Source: Camelus dromedarius
Taxonomy: Eukaryota
Assembly: GCF_036321535.1 (NCBI RefSeq)
Contig: NC_087436.1
Location: forward strand, 50,594,001-50,658,000
Direction of reading: 5' to 3'
Length of the DNA stretch: 64,000 nucleotides
A program made the translations under genes and the position numbers. The notes below the pieces were generated by a model, which saw only the letters and a list, made by a program, of their open reading frames with translations, was not told the origin of the DNA and did not search any database. Positions 37,485-51,417 of the stretch are shown in pieces (position 1 is the first letter of the stretch; the number at the start of each line of letters is the position of its first letter).

Positions 37485-37502
37485 CTCCACTAGATGGCAG
37501 CA
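37485..37502 (+). promoter_or_regulatory. CTCF motif (forward orientation)
   Basis: CTCCACTAGATGGCAGCA matches the CCACYAGRKGGCAG core consensus. Confidence 0.7.
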
Positions 37503-37559
37503 CGTACCCGTATAAAGTATGTGCATGTGCTAATCCTTTTCCAAAAACTGGAGGAACCT

Positions 37560-37581
37560 GAACTACAAATCCCAGCGTGCA
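37560..37581 (+). promoter_or_regulatory. ZNF143/THAP11-type promoter motif (ACTACA-nn-TCCCAG)
   Basis: gaACTACAaaTCCCAGcgtgca. Confidence 0.7.
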
Positions 37582-37599
37582 TTTTTAAGCGCCTGACTT

Positions 37600-37671
37600 G
37601 CTCTGCACAAAGGTCTTAAGTTTGTTGCTCGCGCAGTGACCTGGAGGACGCCATCCACTTGCTGCTCTAAA
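37600..37671 (+). other. BDH2: Probable non-coding exon 1 of BDH2 (start approximate)
   Basis: Lies just downstream of the ZNF143-type motif and ends at the donor ctaaa|gtaaga (GT at 37672). The first coding exon has an upstream acceptor, so a UTR exon is required. Confidence 0.55.
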
Positions 37672-37937
37672 GTAAGATTTCCCAATATAATTTACTTGAA
37701 ACTTTGGACTGGGAGGAGAGGTTTACTTTGTTCTGCACGTTATCTTTTTTAGGATTAATTTTAGCAGCTAGATCAGGATTTTTAACATGTTTGAAACTCT
37801 GTTAAGTTTTTCAAAATAGCCAAAGAAGAGAGGATTTTACAGCGTCTTTAAGTGGACGTTGTTTTTCCTGGCTTATGAAGACAGAGTTCCTGAAAATGCT
37901 GTTTATGTCTCTGCTAATCAAAATATTAACACTTTAA

Positions 37938-38070
37938 GGGGGAAGGGCATAGCCTAGGGGAAGAGTGCCTGCCTAGCACGCACAAGGTCCTGGGTTCAAT
38001 CCTCAGCACCTCCACTAAAAAAATTAATTAAAAATCTAATTACCTCCTCCCCCAAAATAAAAGAATAAAA
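37938..38070 (+). mobile_element. tRNA-derived SINE, camelid vic-1-like (more diverged copy)
   Basis: gggggaagggcatagcctaggggaagagtgc...cacaaggtcctgggttcaatcctcagcacctcc...ctaattacctcc. Confidence 0.82.
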
Positions 38071-38684
38071 CACAACAGCAAGAAATCCATCTTGTCTGGT
38101 TTTCACGTTGGGATTTGTCGAGAGTTGCCTCATTTTACCATTTCAGGCCATGTTTGCACTCATTTTCCCAGGTAAATTCGTTTCAGTTTGATAGTGCAGT
38201 TTTATCTAGTAGTAAAGCTTTGGCTCCAAAATCTGATCCCAGGATGACTGGGAGGACAGCTATGGGGAGGTTTTCAGAGGGAGCACAGCGGCTGCTCTGA
38301 GCTTTAGCCATTGTTTAGTGAGTGCTTCTCTGGGTGTCAGAGATTCCTAGGGAAGCCTCTGGCATGTGCCTTCACAGCGCCATGCGCCAGAAGACACTGT
38401 CAAAAGTGTAAAATAGCAGTTTTTCAATACATCATGCTTGGTATTGGGGGAGGGTAAAGATTATTGGAGTCTCCTTCTAAAATACATGTATGGATTACGT
38501 CTCTTAATTCTTACCGTGTTTTAAGTGAAAATGTAGCACTCGTATAAGAAGGGAAAGAAAAAAACAGGCAGTGAAAATTCATTGCATTAGACTAGGTCGG
38601 GCACTGTGAAGGCCCAGCTTCTCCGTCCGTCGGAGAACATCAGTGACTCTGTAAGCCAGCCCCTGCACTCGGTTCTTACAACCT

Positions 38685-39130
38685 GTTGTTGGTCTGGCCC
38701 TCGGGGAAACTGACTCCAAGACAGAGTTAAACACGCATGGGTTTCATTAGGGAAAATGCTGGCGTGAAAGACGAGAAGGGAACTAGGCAAGGCTGGAAGA
38801 GCCGTCAGACCACGACGGAAGTCTCCCTGCAAGGGAGGGAGCAGGGACGCGGGGCTGGGCTGGGAGGGCGCATCCTCAGTCTGCGGGAGGGCCCGTGAGG
38901 CCGGCGGGAGGAGCTGGGTGTGTCCCAGAAGTGGGTCCGCATTAACACTCGTGCTGCACCCCGGCTCTGTCTGGAAATAGCCAGGGGAAGGTGGCCTCGG
39001 CACAAACTCAGCGAAGAGTTTCGGTGCGCAGTGCCGGCCTCGTGGTGAGTTACCGGGTCCCTGCGCCGCAGCCCCAATTCCGCAGGGCCCAGGCGCCGCG
39101 TGGGGACTTGCAGAGGGCCGCAGGGTGTGC
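38685..39130. mobile_element. ERVL LTR16-like solo LTR inside a CpG-rich patch
   Basis: actgactccaagacagagtta...ttcattagggaaaatgc...gagccgtcagaccacga resembles the LTR16-family consensus as I recall it. Confidence 0.5.
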
Positions 39131-41116
39131 GAGGACCACGGGAGGAACGCCACGAACCACGAGGTCTTCTCTGGGACCTGCAGTCAGGAGGCCTTGGTTT
39201 GAATTCATAGCCGTGAAACGCTGGGCAAACCACGTAACCTCTGAGTTAGTGCACTGGGGACAAGGCCCCGAGTCATCTGCTGAACACTCCTCTCGTCCAC
39301 GCCAGCTCTCCACCTCCGCTTTCCCCACTGATTCTGCACCACTGCGGCAGCCTCCGCAGGAAACCCTCCGCTCGCGCCTGCTCACTCCCTACCAGGTCTG
39401 CTCGCCACAGTGAGCTTTCTTAATTATGCATCTGATCATGTCGTGCCCTTTCCATAAATCCTTTAGTGCTCCTTGCCCATAGGAGTAACTTGCCCCTCAA
39501 CTTGGACAAGGGTTGAGGCTTGAAACCAAAGCGCACACTGGGTACAGAAAAAAGCCAAATTTGGCTGAAGGGCACGGAGATAAGTTCACAGAGGAATGAC
39601 TGGATGTGGGGCCCCCGGGCAAGACTGGCCAGCCACCCGTACTTTATCAGGCAGGTAACTGAGCAGATTGGTTGTGCAGATTATTTGGTGCATGTGCTAC
39701 TTAAGTTAGCTCACCCAACATCCACCCAACCTAACTCTCCCCCTCTCCCTCCTTTTCACTTTATAAAGACTGGAAGACAAAAGTCAAACTCTTGGCCTCT
39801 GCTGCTAGAGCTGGCCAATAAAATAGGCTGGAGTTTCCGAGGAGGGTGTCCTTCTTGAATACAAAGGCGAGGTCTCTCTGACAGACTTGGCTTTTGCACC
39901 TTTCCCTCTTTTTGCCTGGAGTGCAGACACCATGGGACGTGACTGCCCTGTTGTGCCTTGGTGTGCCGTCAGAGGCACACACTAGGAACGGCAGGGTCAG
40001 AGAAGGGACTGGGTTCCTTGAAGACAGCCTCATTTGATCATCATTTGACTCCACTGTCCCCAGAATCATCACCCTGCGATCTCATCTCACCCTGCGATCT
40101 CCAATCCGAGCACTGGCCTGCATGTCTCCTGCATGTCGTGTTTTCCCTATGTCAGAATTTCTCAGTCTTCTCTTTTAAAAATTACTGATTTTGTGTGTTA
40201 CAGTGTTACTACTAAACGCTTAAGCCTTAAAAGAGGATTGGCCGGGTTGTGGGGTGGAATGTTCACACGCAAAAGAGCGGGAGGCCTGAGTTGAGTTCTG
40301 GCTCTGCCTTGACCTGTTCTCTGGCCAGATCAGTTCCCTCATCTGTAAAATGAGGGTATTGAACATGATCTGATTTTCCAGTTCTTTCCCAATGACTCTC
40401 TGAGGCCAACTATTGAATCTTCCCAATGGACACGGAAAAACCAGAGACAATTGACAGTGCAAACCCCACAACAAAGGTTCATGAGAGAGGAAGCAAGAAG
40501 CAGCCCCAAGTAGAAAGACATAGCCATTGTCACAGCAGTGTGCACAGAGGGGGACAGGGGAGGGATGCCACCCCTACTGTAGCTGTCTTCTCTGGGTTCT
40601 TTCTGGTAAAAACCTGGAGGTGACTGTCTGCCTGCGCCAGTTATCCCTTCAGTGGGTTTTGCTGAATGTTTTTGATATGCAAAGCTAGGTATTGAGAGTA
40701 AGCATTCTTGGAGAATGATGTAAATATTCTCAGGTGGTGGGAATATTTGTATGGAGCTGCTGTCTTCAGGTCCTTTTTTTTTTTTCTTTTCAGCTAAAAC
40801 AGCAGAAGAGATGATTTATTGTACACATATTACATTCAGCCACAGCTGAGAACAGAGCTGGTCTAGAATATCACAGGTCCAGGGCAAAGGACCAAAAAGG
40901 ACCATTTTGATACGAGCAAGATGGGTCTCTTAAAGGCGGTCGAGGCCATCAGAATGGCCATAGATGTTCCTGATCCACTGAGATAAGTTCTAAACAGTAG
41001 GCATGCAGTCCAACAGGTTGTTTTGAAAGAGGTGCTTGAACTATTCCTTCCAGAGCTTACTGCACAGTGTAAGCCATTAAATACACGTGTCTTTAGATTA
41101 AACCACAGGTTCTGTT

Positions 41117-41188
41117 ATGGGGCGACTTGATGGGAAGGTCATCGTCCTGACAGCGGCTGCTCAGGGGATCGGCCGGGCAGCTGCCTTA
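41117..41188 (+). CDS. BDH2: BDH2 first coding exon (acceptor at 41097 or 41109)
   Basis: MGRLDGKVIVLTAAAQGIGRAAAL|gtaagt; the SDR cofactor motif variant TAAAQGIG is characteristic of BDH2/DHRS6. Confidence 0.96.
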
Positions 41189-41974
41189 GTAAGTTATTAT
41201 CTCTTGTTGTTTGCTTACTGACTTTTGAGGTATTGAATTACGTGGACAGATTCCAGGGTTATTTAATTCCACTCTTTTTTTTTTAAATTATCTTTTGTGC
41301 TCCTGTTGTCTGAAGCTTTAAAAGGAAAAATGGAGACTCCTGCCCCCAGGCAGATGGAAGAATGAATACCTCATGTGTTCATTATATGACATCACTGATA
41401 ACCTTTGGCTCTGAGAAACGTTACCTCTTTGTTCTCTGCATCATAATAAATTTACTACAGGGGCCCTACAGGAGTGCAGAGCCTTGTGAAATTAAGTCAG
41501 TCCCAATACAGAACTCTGGAGTTAGGAGTCTCTCCAGTTATATTTACCTTCTAATTTATATAAACTTCTCACACATTAAACCCCCTACCCAAGCTAATTA
41601 CTTTCATTAGCAGGAAAAGTGTTGAAATAACCCATTTTTTTCTTACTGTTTGGAATTGAGTCACCTGCTCAGAAATAGAATGCAGGCTATCAAATCACAG
41701 AATAGTAGTATTTTGAGAGGTGTTTAATAACAGAATCCTGTTTTTTTTTTTTAAGCTTTGATTTATTTGCTGTTACTTAAAGGAACAAAGTCAGATGACA
41801 AGCACAATGTATGTCACATTCTAATTAATGATAAAAATAGTAACAATGGGAAGGATGAGGTGAGACTAGCTGGTTTGAAATTCCACCTGTTTTACAGGGA
41901 AAGCAACAATGAGGGTAAGATAAGGGCGAAAGGCTAAATGACTCTCGGTTCAAGAGAGCAGTTTAACCAGGTAA

Positions 41975-42136
<162 letters not shown>

Positions 42137-42650
42137 TGAAGTGTTAGTACTTACGTGGTGAAAAAAAAGTCCTTAGCAGTTCAGCTCCACTGGCCTTCTG
42201 TTTAGAGCCTGATTCTCTGATATCAGATTTATATTCCATGAACCTAGAGACAAAAATCTGTATACTTGAATGTATAAACAAAGTTTTGAAGATGTATACT
42301 TAAAATTTTTTATTTATCCACTTTTTTTTATTTTTCCACGTTGAAGGATTCAGTTGCCAAATGCAAAATCATAGGTGAACATTTAGCACCATTATGCTAA
42401 TTTTTGATGAAAATTTTTCATTTCTGTGCCCCCCTCCTCTGAGGGCTGTCCACGAGAAACATTCTGTGAGCCAGATGCATAGTTTTAAATTTTCTAGTAA
42501 AGTTTCTAGATTTTTACTGAGAGTCTTAAGATTCTGAAGACCCTGCTAATGGTCAGCAATCCTACGAAGTCTCACTGGACAGGATACTGCCATCTTCACA
42601 CTTCCAAACAGCTCTATCTTCACACTTCGAAACAACTAAATCTTCAGTGA

Positions 42651-42797
<147 letters not shown>

Positions 42798-44443
42798 TAA
42801 TTCACAACTTACGTTTCACTCTCCTTACAGAAAGTTTTCTGTAACTTTTATTAAAAATAATGTTAATAATATGGCAAAATTATTCACATGAACCATAATA
42901 CATTCCTTAGGAAATTTGGCGAGATTTCGGACAGAATTTTGATTACAAGTAAGGTTCAGCAAGTGAGACAGCCATGGATGTTGGTGTGGACGTGGGGCCT
43001 CAAGGCGGATGAGGTCACTCGAGGCAGCCGGTACTAGCACAAAGCCATTGCTCTTCTCAGGGCTGGTAACAGGCTCATGGGCTTGTTGCTAATGCTCCAC
43101 CAGGACTTAGAAAAAATAAGAAAACCTGTTTTCCAGTAATGTCTTTAAAACGAAGTATATTGAGATGCAAACGTTCCCGATTTTTGGCACAACATTCTAG
43201 CAAGTCCTTTATACTTTCCAAGCTCAGTGTTTCTTACTGGGACAGTCAATCGCAGGAAAAGAAGTTTCATGTTGTACCTTTACACACGGCACAAAGAGAA
43301 TGGCTTCATTGAACTTACTAGGGTGGTACTAAGCCTGCTGAACCGCGCATGAGTGATGAAGGCTGGAACTGGAGCAGCTGCAGGCAGATACAGCCGGTGC
43401 TGGAGCGCACCCTCCCTCCTCAGGCGTGACAGTAGACGTGAGCACCGTTGAGGCTCACACAGGGCTCAGTAGACACCCTCCCATGTCCCACTTTTCTTAT
43501 GCAGTGTTACGTTTGAACTGCTGCATTGGTAGAAAAATCCTGGAGCCTTCTAATATATTTCTGTGGTTCTTCCCAATTATGTTTCAGAGTGAAAAAAAAT
43601 CTCATTCTGTCTCTAGTTTATCATATGTTACAATGTATGGAAATAAAATTAAAGCAACATTTCACGATGATCTGTTTTATAAATAACCTGCTCATCCCTC
43701 ATATGAGAATACACTCAGAGCCATGAAAAAAATCAACTAGCAAAATTAGTTTTTGAGCATCTACGAAATTTTCAGCAACATAAGAGATACGAAATAGAAT
43801 GTGTGGTTCTTGCTGTGATTCGGTTGTACTGGAAATACAGTGGTGCATGGAAATCACAAGCAACAATATTTTACAATTAATTACATAATCGTGGCCTCGG
43901 GACAGTGAAATCAATTAGGTATTCAGTGTTTAGAAAGCTTCCTTGAAGAAGTAGGACTTGAAAAAAGAGTGAAGATTATTTTAAAGGTTCTGTTTCGCTC
44001 TGCGTTGTTTACTCGGTGTGTCAGAGCTGCACAGGGGGTATTGCCTTGCTACCCTGAGATGCTGACACTTGTTTTCCTTGCAGCGTTGATTTCCCTGGAG
44101 AATGTTAAATCTGTGCCACCACCTGAGGGCGCTGCTGCTCTTGGAATAGGAGTCAGGGCGAGCATACTCTTCTCATTTGTCTGTTTTTAGTGGCATTGGT
44201 GTTTCCTGTGCTGTTGGTGTAGCATTTCTTACATTTGGTGTCTCCAGACTCTTGTTTTCTTGTAAAAGAAGGATGTTGTCTTCAAATCAATTTATTTAGC
44301 GTATGTTGTTGGGGCACTTACTCACCTGACGTACTAGGTGACGCTGTGTTTGGATTGTTAACGGTCTTGGTAAGGGCAGGGACAGTATCTAAGGCAATAA
44401 ATGCCAATAGAAGTGATCAGGAAAGTGAATAGAAAATTTTTAA

Positions 44444-44614
<171 letters not shown>

Positions 44615-47600
44615 TAAGCACCTCTGGATGAGTGGGTCTCCACACTGGGCATCGGGCCAGGATCCCCACATGTGCTGAAGAGCGGCAATAGCTAACACAA
44701 TGACTGACTGTATTGAATATTTATACCAAAGCATTTAATAGAAATTAACACATCTAGCCTTCCACTTTGTTCATTCAAGGGCTATTAAGCACTGTGTACC
44801 AGGCTGCATTTCCGCTGCAGAAGGCACATCAGAGAGCTAAACAAAGTCCCTTCTATAAGGGAGGTCCTAGTGTGAGGGGTGAGGATACTATATAATCAAA
44901 CATATATAACATGGGGGTGGTTTTAAGTACTATGTATTAGAAAGAAGCTAAGTGATCGGTGAGGGTCAGGAGGTCCTAATTGAGAAGGTGAAATTTTCAT
45001 AGAGGTCTGAATGAAATGAGGGAGCTGAGCATTCAGGTGTCTGGGAAGCAGGTTTCAGGGAGAGGGACAGCAAGGAGGCAGGTGGTCCAGAGCAGTCCGG
45101 TGAGGTAGGTACTACTGTATCACGTCCTCCGTGCAGAAGGATGATACAACTGGGAGGTTAGGTAACTTGCCCTAAGCCATATAACTAGCAAGTGATTAGA
45201 GCCAGGATTTGAACCCTGGAAGTTGGGCCCCTTCTTGAATTTCAGTGTCGAGGCACACACTCTCGAGATGGATGTACCCCACTGCCTTCGGTCCCCTGAG
45301 TATTCTCCTTGCTCTCCTGTTTTCAGCTGAGCCACAGAGGCACCAGGGAGGTGAGAGACAGTGTGTGCTAAGGGGAGAGTATTTCTCCCGAGTCGGCTTC
45401 CCTTGAATTCTCCAGTCTTTACACAACTCCTCAATGGTTTTCATTTTATTTTACAAACAAGCATTAAGTGCCTTCTGATAGAAAGCACCACATCAGTGCT
45501 CTGGGGAAGGGAATATAAATATGAAAAACATTGATTTCAAATAAGCTTAAAAGCCAGTTTATAAGCTACTGCAGACAGCGCAAGCCCAGACAATGAATGA
45601 GGCTGACTTTTACAGAACCTGCTCAGTTCAAGGCTGTAAGTCAAACCTAGTGAAATGCAGAAGAGGCATTCAGCTCTTCCATCCCAGCTGGATTAGATGC
45701 CTGCCGTACTGACTGCTACCCGACCCAGGGCAACGGAAGAGCTTTTTAATGGCGAGGCAGGGCTGACACTTTGCTCTGAACATCCAGGCTAAGGTCAAGA
45801 AAGATAAAGATGAATGCTAGAAGGAAAATCAGAGACTGACTTGGTAATGAAGGAAGTTTTCTTTCATCTCCTTGTTTAGTGCCTAGAAGGGATCTTTGGA
45901 TTGGCCCACGGTATTTTGAACTAGCAAATTTTTTGACAATGTAAATTGCCTTTTTTGTCTATTCAGAGTTCATGAGAATCTGTTATTTGGAACATGAATG
46001 TATTTTTTGAAGACTAATCTTTAGCATAGGATATGAGGGAAAGCAGAGGCTATGGTAAAAGAGGAACGCTTGCGCCAAATGGGTCAGACTCTCACACATG
46101 TATGAGACTCACTTGTGAAATCAAATGCTTGACAAATAACAGGGAAGGACGTAGGCATGGGGTACTGGTGGAGCTAAAATTTAAACTTGTCAAGTGTTAA
46201 CTTTTAAAATACCAAACACTAACTTGCAAATTAGTGAGTTTGTCTATGATTTAAAGCATCATAAAAATAATCCATATGAGCCAATGACACTCATTTGTGA
46301 AAAGTCCCAAGAGATATTAATAACTGAGATGTGGACTCAGAAGGAGTCAGTGCCACTTGTTGAAGTGACCCTTACTGAACTGACCCTGGATTTCGGAATC
46401 TGGCACTGGAAGACTTCAGGCCCAGCCTGAGCTCGGCCCCTAACTCACCATGTGACCTGGGAGATGGCACTTGTGCTCTCTCAGCATTTCTTTCTTCTAT
46501 TTAAAATGAGGGTAATAGATTACACAATCCCTTCCAGCCCTAATTATATTCATCAACCATGACACACAGATACCAGGTTAGAACTTTCCAGGGGAAGCCA
46601 GGATTTGGAGGTCTAGACAGATTTGAAAGGTCAGGTGGTCAAAACACAGGAACACTTGTAGGAAATTTTTATTCATGGGTAAGCATACAGAAAACCATTC
46701 CAAGACTGGAAGATCAGTCAAAAGGCAGAGAACAAATTAAAAAGAGGTCAATGCAGAATTCAAGGTCGACCAGAAGAGAAGTTCCATTACATCAAGGATT
46801 CAGGGAGTCTTGGATATTTGGGGGGGTTCCCCCTTTGCTGTATCTTAGAAGAGTCTCTCACACAAAGAGGTGATTAGCAAGCATTTGTTGAATGAGTAAA
46901 CGAACCTAGGTTGTCAGTGCAGTGGAGGTCAGGCATGGAGTCACTGAAGACCAAGGAAGCCAAGTCTGCCTGGTTTAGGACTGAGCCCTGGTCAGTGGGG
47001 ACAGAAGAACTGGGTCACAGTAGGGCCAGCTGGATAAAGCTAGAGGGGAATAACTTCAGAGCTCTTCCTAGCACTCACCTGACTTTATGGGAAGTCAGTA
47101 CAATATATGATGATGAAGGCAGGGTGGAAGGAGGCAAGGACTATAGACTCGAGAATCAGCACAGACCTGGATTGAATGGATGGTCCGTGGGTTAGGAGGT
47201 AGCGCTACCATCTCCTAGGTGACTGTGTTCTAAACTTCTGGCTGAAGAATTATTGGATTCCAGAAAATTGGAAACTGAAGTTATCTAATAGCCCTCCTCT
47301 ACATATTAAATTGGGCTGTATGCATTCCATGTGTATCAAAAATGAGGTGTCTACATCAAGTATACCTCCGTGAAACTGAGAAATAAATTAAAAAATGGGT
47401 CATGTTATTTGCTAAATTGGATAAGAAAGAATAGTTTTAAGGCTTAGTTTTCAATACTGTTTACTAATTTTTCTGGTCGTTTTATGAGGACCCCATTCCA
47501 TAACGATCCTCCTTATTATATATATAGACAAACAAGTTGGGTTAAATATTTTCTCCCCTCCCAACTTCTTGACTTGGTTGGTCCAACTCAGCCTCTTCCT

Positions 47601-49336
47601 GTATCCTTTTAGCCCATCCAACACAATACCTTCGGGTGGTTTTAGACTTTCTGCTCTCAGGTGCAATTAGTAGCTAAGTATCAAAACAGAAAGTAAGACA
47701 ACACCATCAGGAAACATATAATCTTGGCAAACTTATCCCTAGATCCATCCAGTCATTCACCTCCTCCATTCCTGCACCTCTTTGAAAGCTGCTGGAGAAA
47801 GTAACCCCAAAAGAAGTGACTTTTTCCTCTCGACCCTTCGACACCACCTATTGAGACTCGTTCCTCTTAGAAACTCTTTCTTTGCTTGATTTTCATGGCA
47901 GAGCATATCCTGGTTTTCTACTCTCTAGTGGTGTTCTTCCGTCTCCCTCACACTTATTTTAACCCATCACCACCACCTCCTTGTTCTTTACGGTCATCCT
48001 CCAGCCTCTGGTTTCAGTGAGACGTTAGTGCCCATTAGACAGGAGTTCTCTGCAGCTCTTGCTTCTTCTGCCCAGAACATTCGTGGGTGGTGCCTGTGCC
48101 CTTGCACATACGTAGAATCATCTTGAAAACATACATACATGTTTTAATTATGCATCAGTTCATTTGAAAACATTTTTTAATTCATAGCAGCTTTTTTCAC
48201 TGATATATTCCTTTAGGTCTGGGGCAGAGCCCAGCAATCTATACTTTAACCTAACATCTCAAGATATTTTGATTCATCAAAATATGTTGACTGATTGCTG
48301 TGTGCCCTGTCCAGGAGGACAGAACAGCCACAAGCCCTCCTCTTAAGACCTTCACGCTTTCAGTGGGGGATTCTGAAGGAGGTGTCCTTAGGAAACACTG
48401 CCCTGGCTGGGCGCAGCCCTCTCTGTGTGTAACCGTTCACCAAGTCCTGCCCCAGTACCTCAGCTGTCTCTACCTCTGTTACCTAACACATTTGCGGTCT
48501 CTACTTTTATTCCCCCTTCCCTAAATCCCTGCCTCAGCTTCCAGCACTCTCCCCTCCATGGTGCAGAGTCATCTTTGCAACCTTCAGAAGTCACTCCTCT
48601 TCTGTCCCCACCACATTGCCTTCAGGGTAAAGCCCAAATTCCTAAATTTGGCCCCACTGGCCTCTGCAGCCTCATTCCTCCCACACCTTGCCTTCCAGCC
48701 AGACCCATCCCCTCCTCCCCCTTCTGTGATAGAGCCCTTATACATGTGGTTTCTCACCCGTCTGTTTTATTTTTCTGACTGACGCTCTTGCTGCCAAAAG
48801 TCAGCCGTCCTCTGAGTGCCCACAGCCTGGATTGGTCCCTTCCCGCCATCCCTCCCCACTTCGCTGGAAGATCTCTGCTGTCACTGGATGCAGGTTACAT
48901 CAGCCACTGCAGTCCGCCTGGCAGCTCTCTAGGCAGGTGGGGACCAAGTCGTTTATCTCTGAATCTCCTGGACCTCCCACTGTGCCTGACCACAGCGGGT
49001 AGTCAACAATTGTGTGTTGAGTGGAGTGAGTTTTCCAGCATCAGAAACATGTACAGGAACATTAACGTTCATTCCGTTTCAGTTAGCTCGGAGTTCATTC
49101 TCGGTCTTGCTGAAGCTCTTGTGCCACGGGACGGCAGGAACCCCCTGGGAGATGCTCCTGCCTGTGTACACGGGCCATCAGTTCTCAGCAATGATTGAGA
49201 CTGTGAACGCTGCTTAACAGTGCTTAATGTTAATAGCTAAATAAGATGGTTCTGCTAACCCTAAGTAAATGCAAATCTTTCAAAGAAGTAGTATTTTTAG
49301 CAGCATCTTCTTCTTGTCTTTGTTTTGTTTTGGCAG

Positions 49337-49397
49337 ATGCTTGCCCAGAAATCTGGCAACATTATCAACATGTCCTCTGTGGCTTCCAGCATCAAAG
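49337..49397 (+). CDS. BDH2: BDH2 coding exon 5 (61 nt)
   Basis: tggcag|ATG ... AAAG|gtaggt; MLAQKSGNIINMSSVASSIK. Confidence 0.96.
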
Positions 49398-50388
49398 GTA
49401 GGTCTGTCTTCCTCTGGGAACCATGATGCACATACTCACACATCTGCAGAAGCTAAGGGTTTGGGGAACAAGCAGAGCGGAGATCATAAAACCCACACAT
49501 AACTTCAAAACTGCTTTTTAAAAAATTGATCTTAAGTTCCTTAACTATGAGTCCTATTGCCTTCCATGTGAACCAGTCATAAAATAAAAGCTGGTTTGTT
49601 TTGCCCTCCCTTTAATTCCTTCTAATGGTTATGGAAATGATCAAACTAGGAGAAGAAAACATTTATCCAATTAATTAATCAAAAAAGATGTGTTGAACAC
49701 CCACAATGTGTCCTGGACCCAGAAGAATTCATAGTTCCAAAGTGGGGGAGAGAGTCAGGCAAACGCACGTCTTCTGCAGTGTGACGGGATTATACAGAGC
49801 TTGTGCAAAGTGTTGTGTCAATGCGGGGGACTAACCCTGCCTGTAATTGCGGGGTGCTTCATGAAGACATTTGATCGGGGCCCTAAATAAGCAGTCAAGT
49901 TAAAGGGCCAGAGTGCCACGCAGAGTGGAGATGGTGGGTGACGTCACAGTCAGGCACAGAGGGACTGTTGAGTTTAAAATGAACTACTGAGGACCACTGA
50001 GTTAACATTCCTTCTCTTTGCAAGGATACGCAGAGTAAGCCCCCACAGGAGAGGGAAGCAAAGAAGTGCCCACGCTTCTAGGTTTGCTTAGGTTGTGTTT
50101 TGTTTTGCTTTTCTTCACCTGAATTTTCTTCTGGAATCCTCCTAAGGGTTCTGTCAACTGATGATGAAAAACTAAGGCCGCCGCTGTCACTTAAGTGCAG
50201 CATCTCAGCACCAAAGTCTCGACCAAGTTGTGCCGATAGAGATACTATTTTCCCAGATTCAGAAACTAGCCGTACTAAGGAAGAAAACCTGGTATCAGTT
50301 TTTAAAAAGGGAGTGAGGAAAGCAGGGCAGTGGTGATTTACTTGTGTTCCCTTCCTAAAGGAGACTGGTTTTTATTCCATCCACTTGA

Positions 50389-50544
<156 letters not shown>

Positions 50545-50729
50545 TGAACTTGGCCCTTCAGATGTCCTGGCTGCCACCATGAAAGGTATCTACATAAGCT
50601 TGTTTACCACATGTTTTATTGCATTGCCATTAGGAAAAGTTCAAAGGAAACAGAGTCTAGGCTTATTAAGATAGCAGTCCAGTGGTAAGTTGGGAAAGAG
50701 ATCCTGAGTCATTAGGAATAACCCACAGA

Positions 50730-51165
50730 TGTGTTAAAAAACAAAATTCAGCTGAGTAAATTAGATCTAATTGTCTTTATTTGATTCATGAGTCAGGCGG
50801 CATCCCATCTAACAACTGGAAGGATGCTCCAATGAGTTAAATACAAATGGAAAGTTTTTATAGAAAGGAGATTGGGGTGAGGAAGTCAGTGGCAAAATAA
50901 AATAAAAGGTTATTCTGGGCTAGGACCTCTTTTTTAATGAGGGAGGGGACTGCCCGGGTTTTATCTACAGATTGCCTCTTCTTCCTCTAGGGGGATAGTC
51001 AGGGCCCACACCTACATTATCTCATTGGTGCTGACCAGAAAATTCCAGACCGGTTGGTTAAGGTAACAGTTCTGGTGAAAGGCAAAGCTGCAATTAAGTT
51101 AGGCGCTAAATCTAGGTTTGGTATCATGGGCTTTAGCACAAATGACGCCATTCTGGTTTAATAGA
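50730..51165. mobile_element. Probable ERV solo LTR
   Basis: About 430 bp beginning tgttaaaaaacaaaattcagctgag, with the composition of an antisense ERV1-type LTR; family not identified. Confidence 0.4.
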
Positions 51166-51417
51166 AGCAAAAAGTTTAAATGCTACTTGTGTGTTAGGGG
51201 GCAATTCCAAACCCTGTGGTTAAGCGGCATAACTGGCCAGGGCTCAGAGTTTGGAAGCAGACCCAGGATGAGCTTATCAGGGGAAAGACGAATAGTAGAC
51301 CAGGCTCACAGGACAGCAGGAAGAGGAGACTTCCAGAACACACGGAGCTACTGAGTGATGTAAACCTCCTGGGGTGGCCCATAAATGAAAAGGAAGGAGT
51401 AACACCTTCCTTTATGC

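Noticed and set aside
38587..39413. Overlapping 111-188 aa ORFs on both strands
   Set aside because: Expected from stop-codon scarcity in GC-rich, LTR-derived sequence; Pro/Arg/Ala-rich with no family resemblance.
40880..40894. HNF4-like site cagggcaaaggacca upstream of the BDH2 first coding exon
   Set aside because: A single imperfect short motif that cannot be distinguished from chance without conservation or ChIP data.
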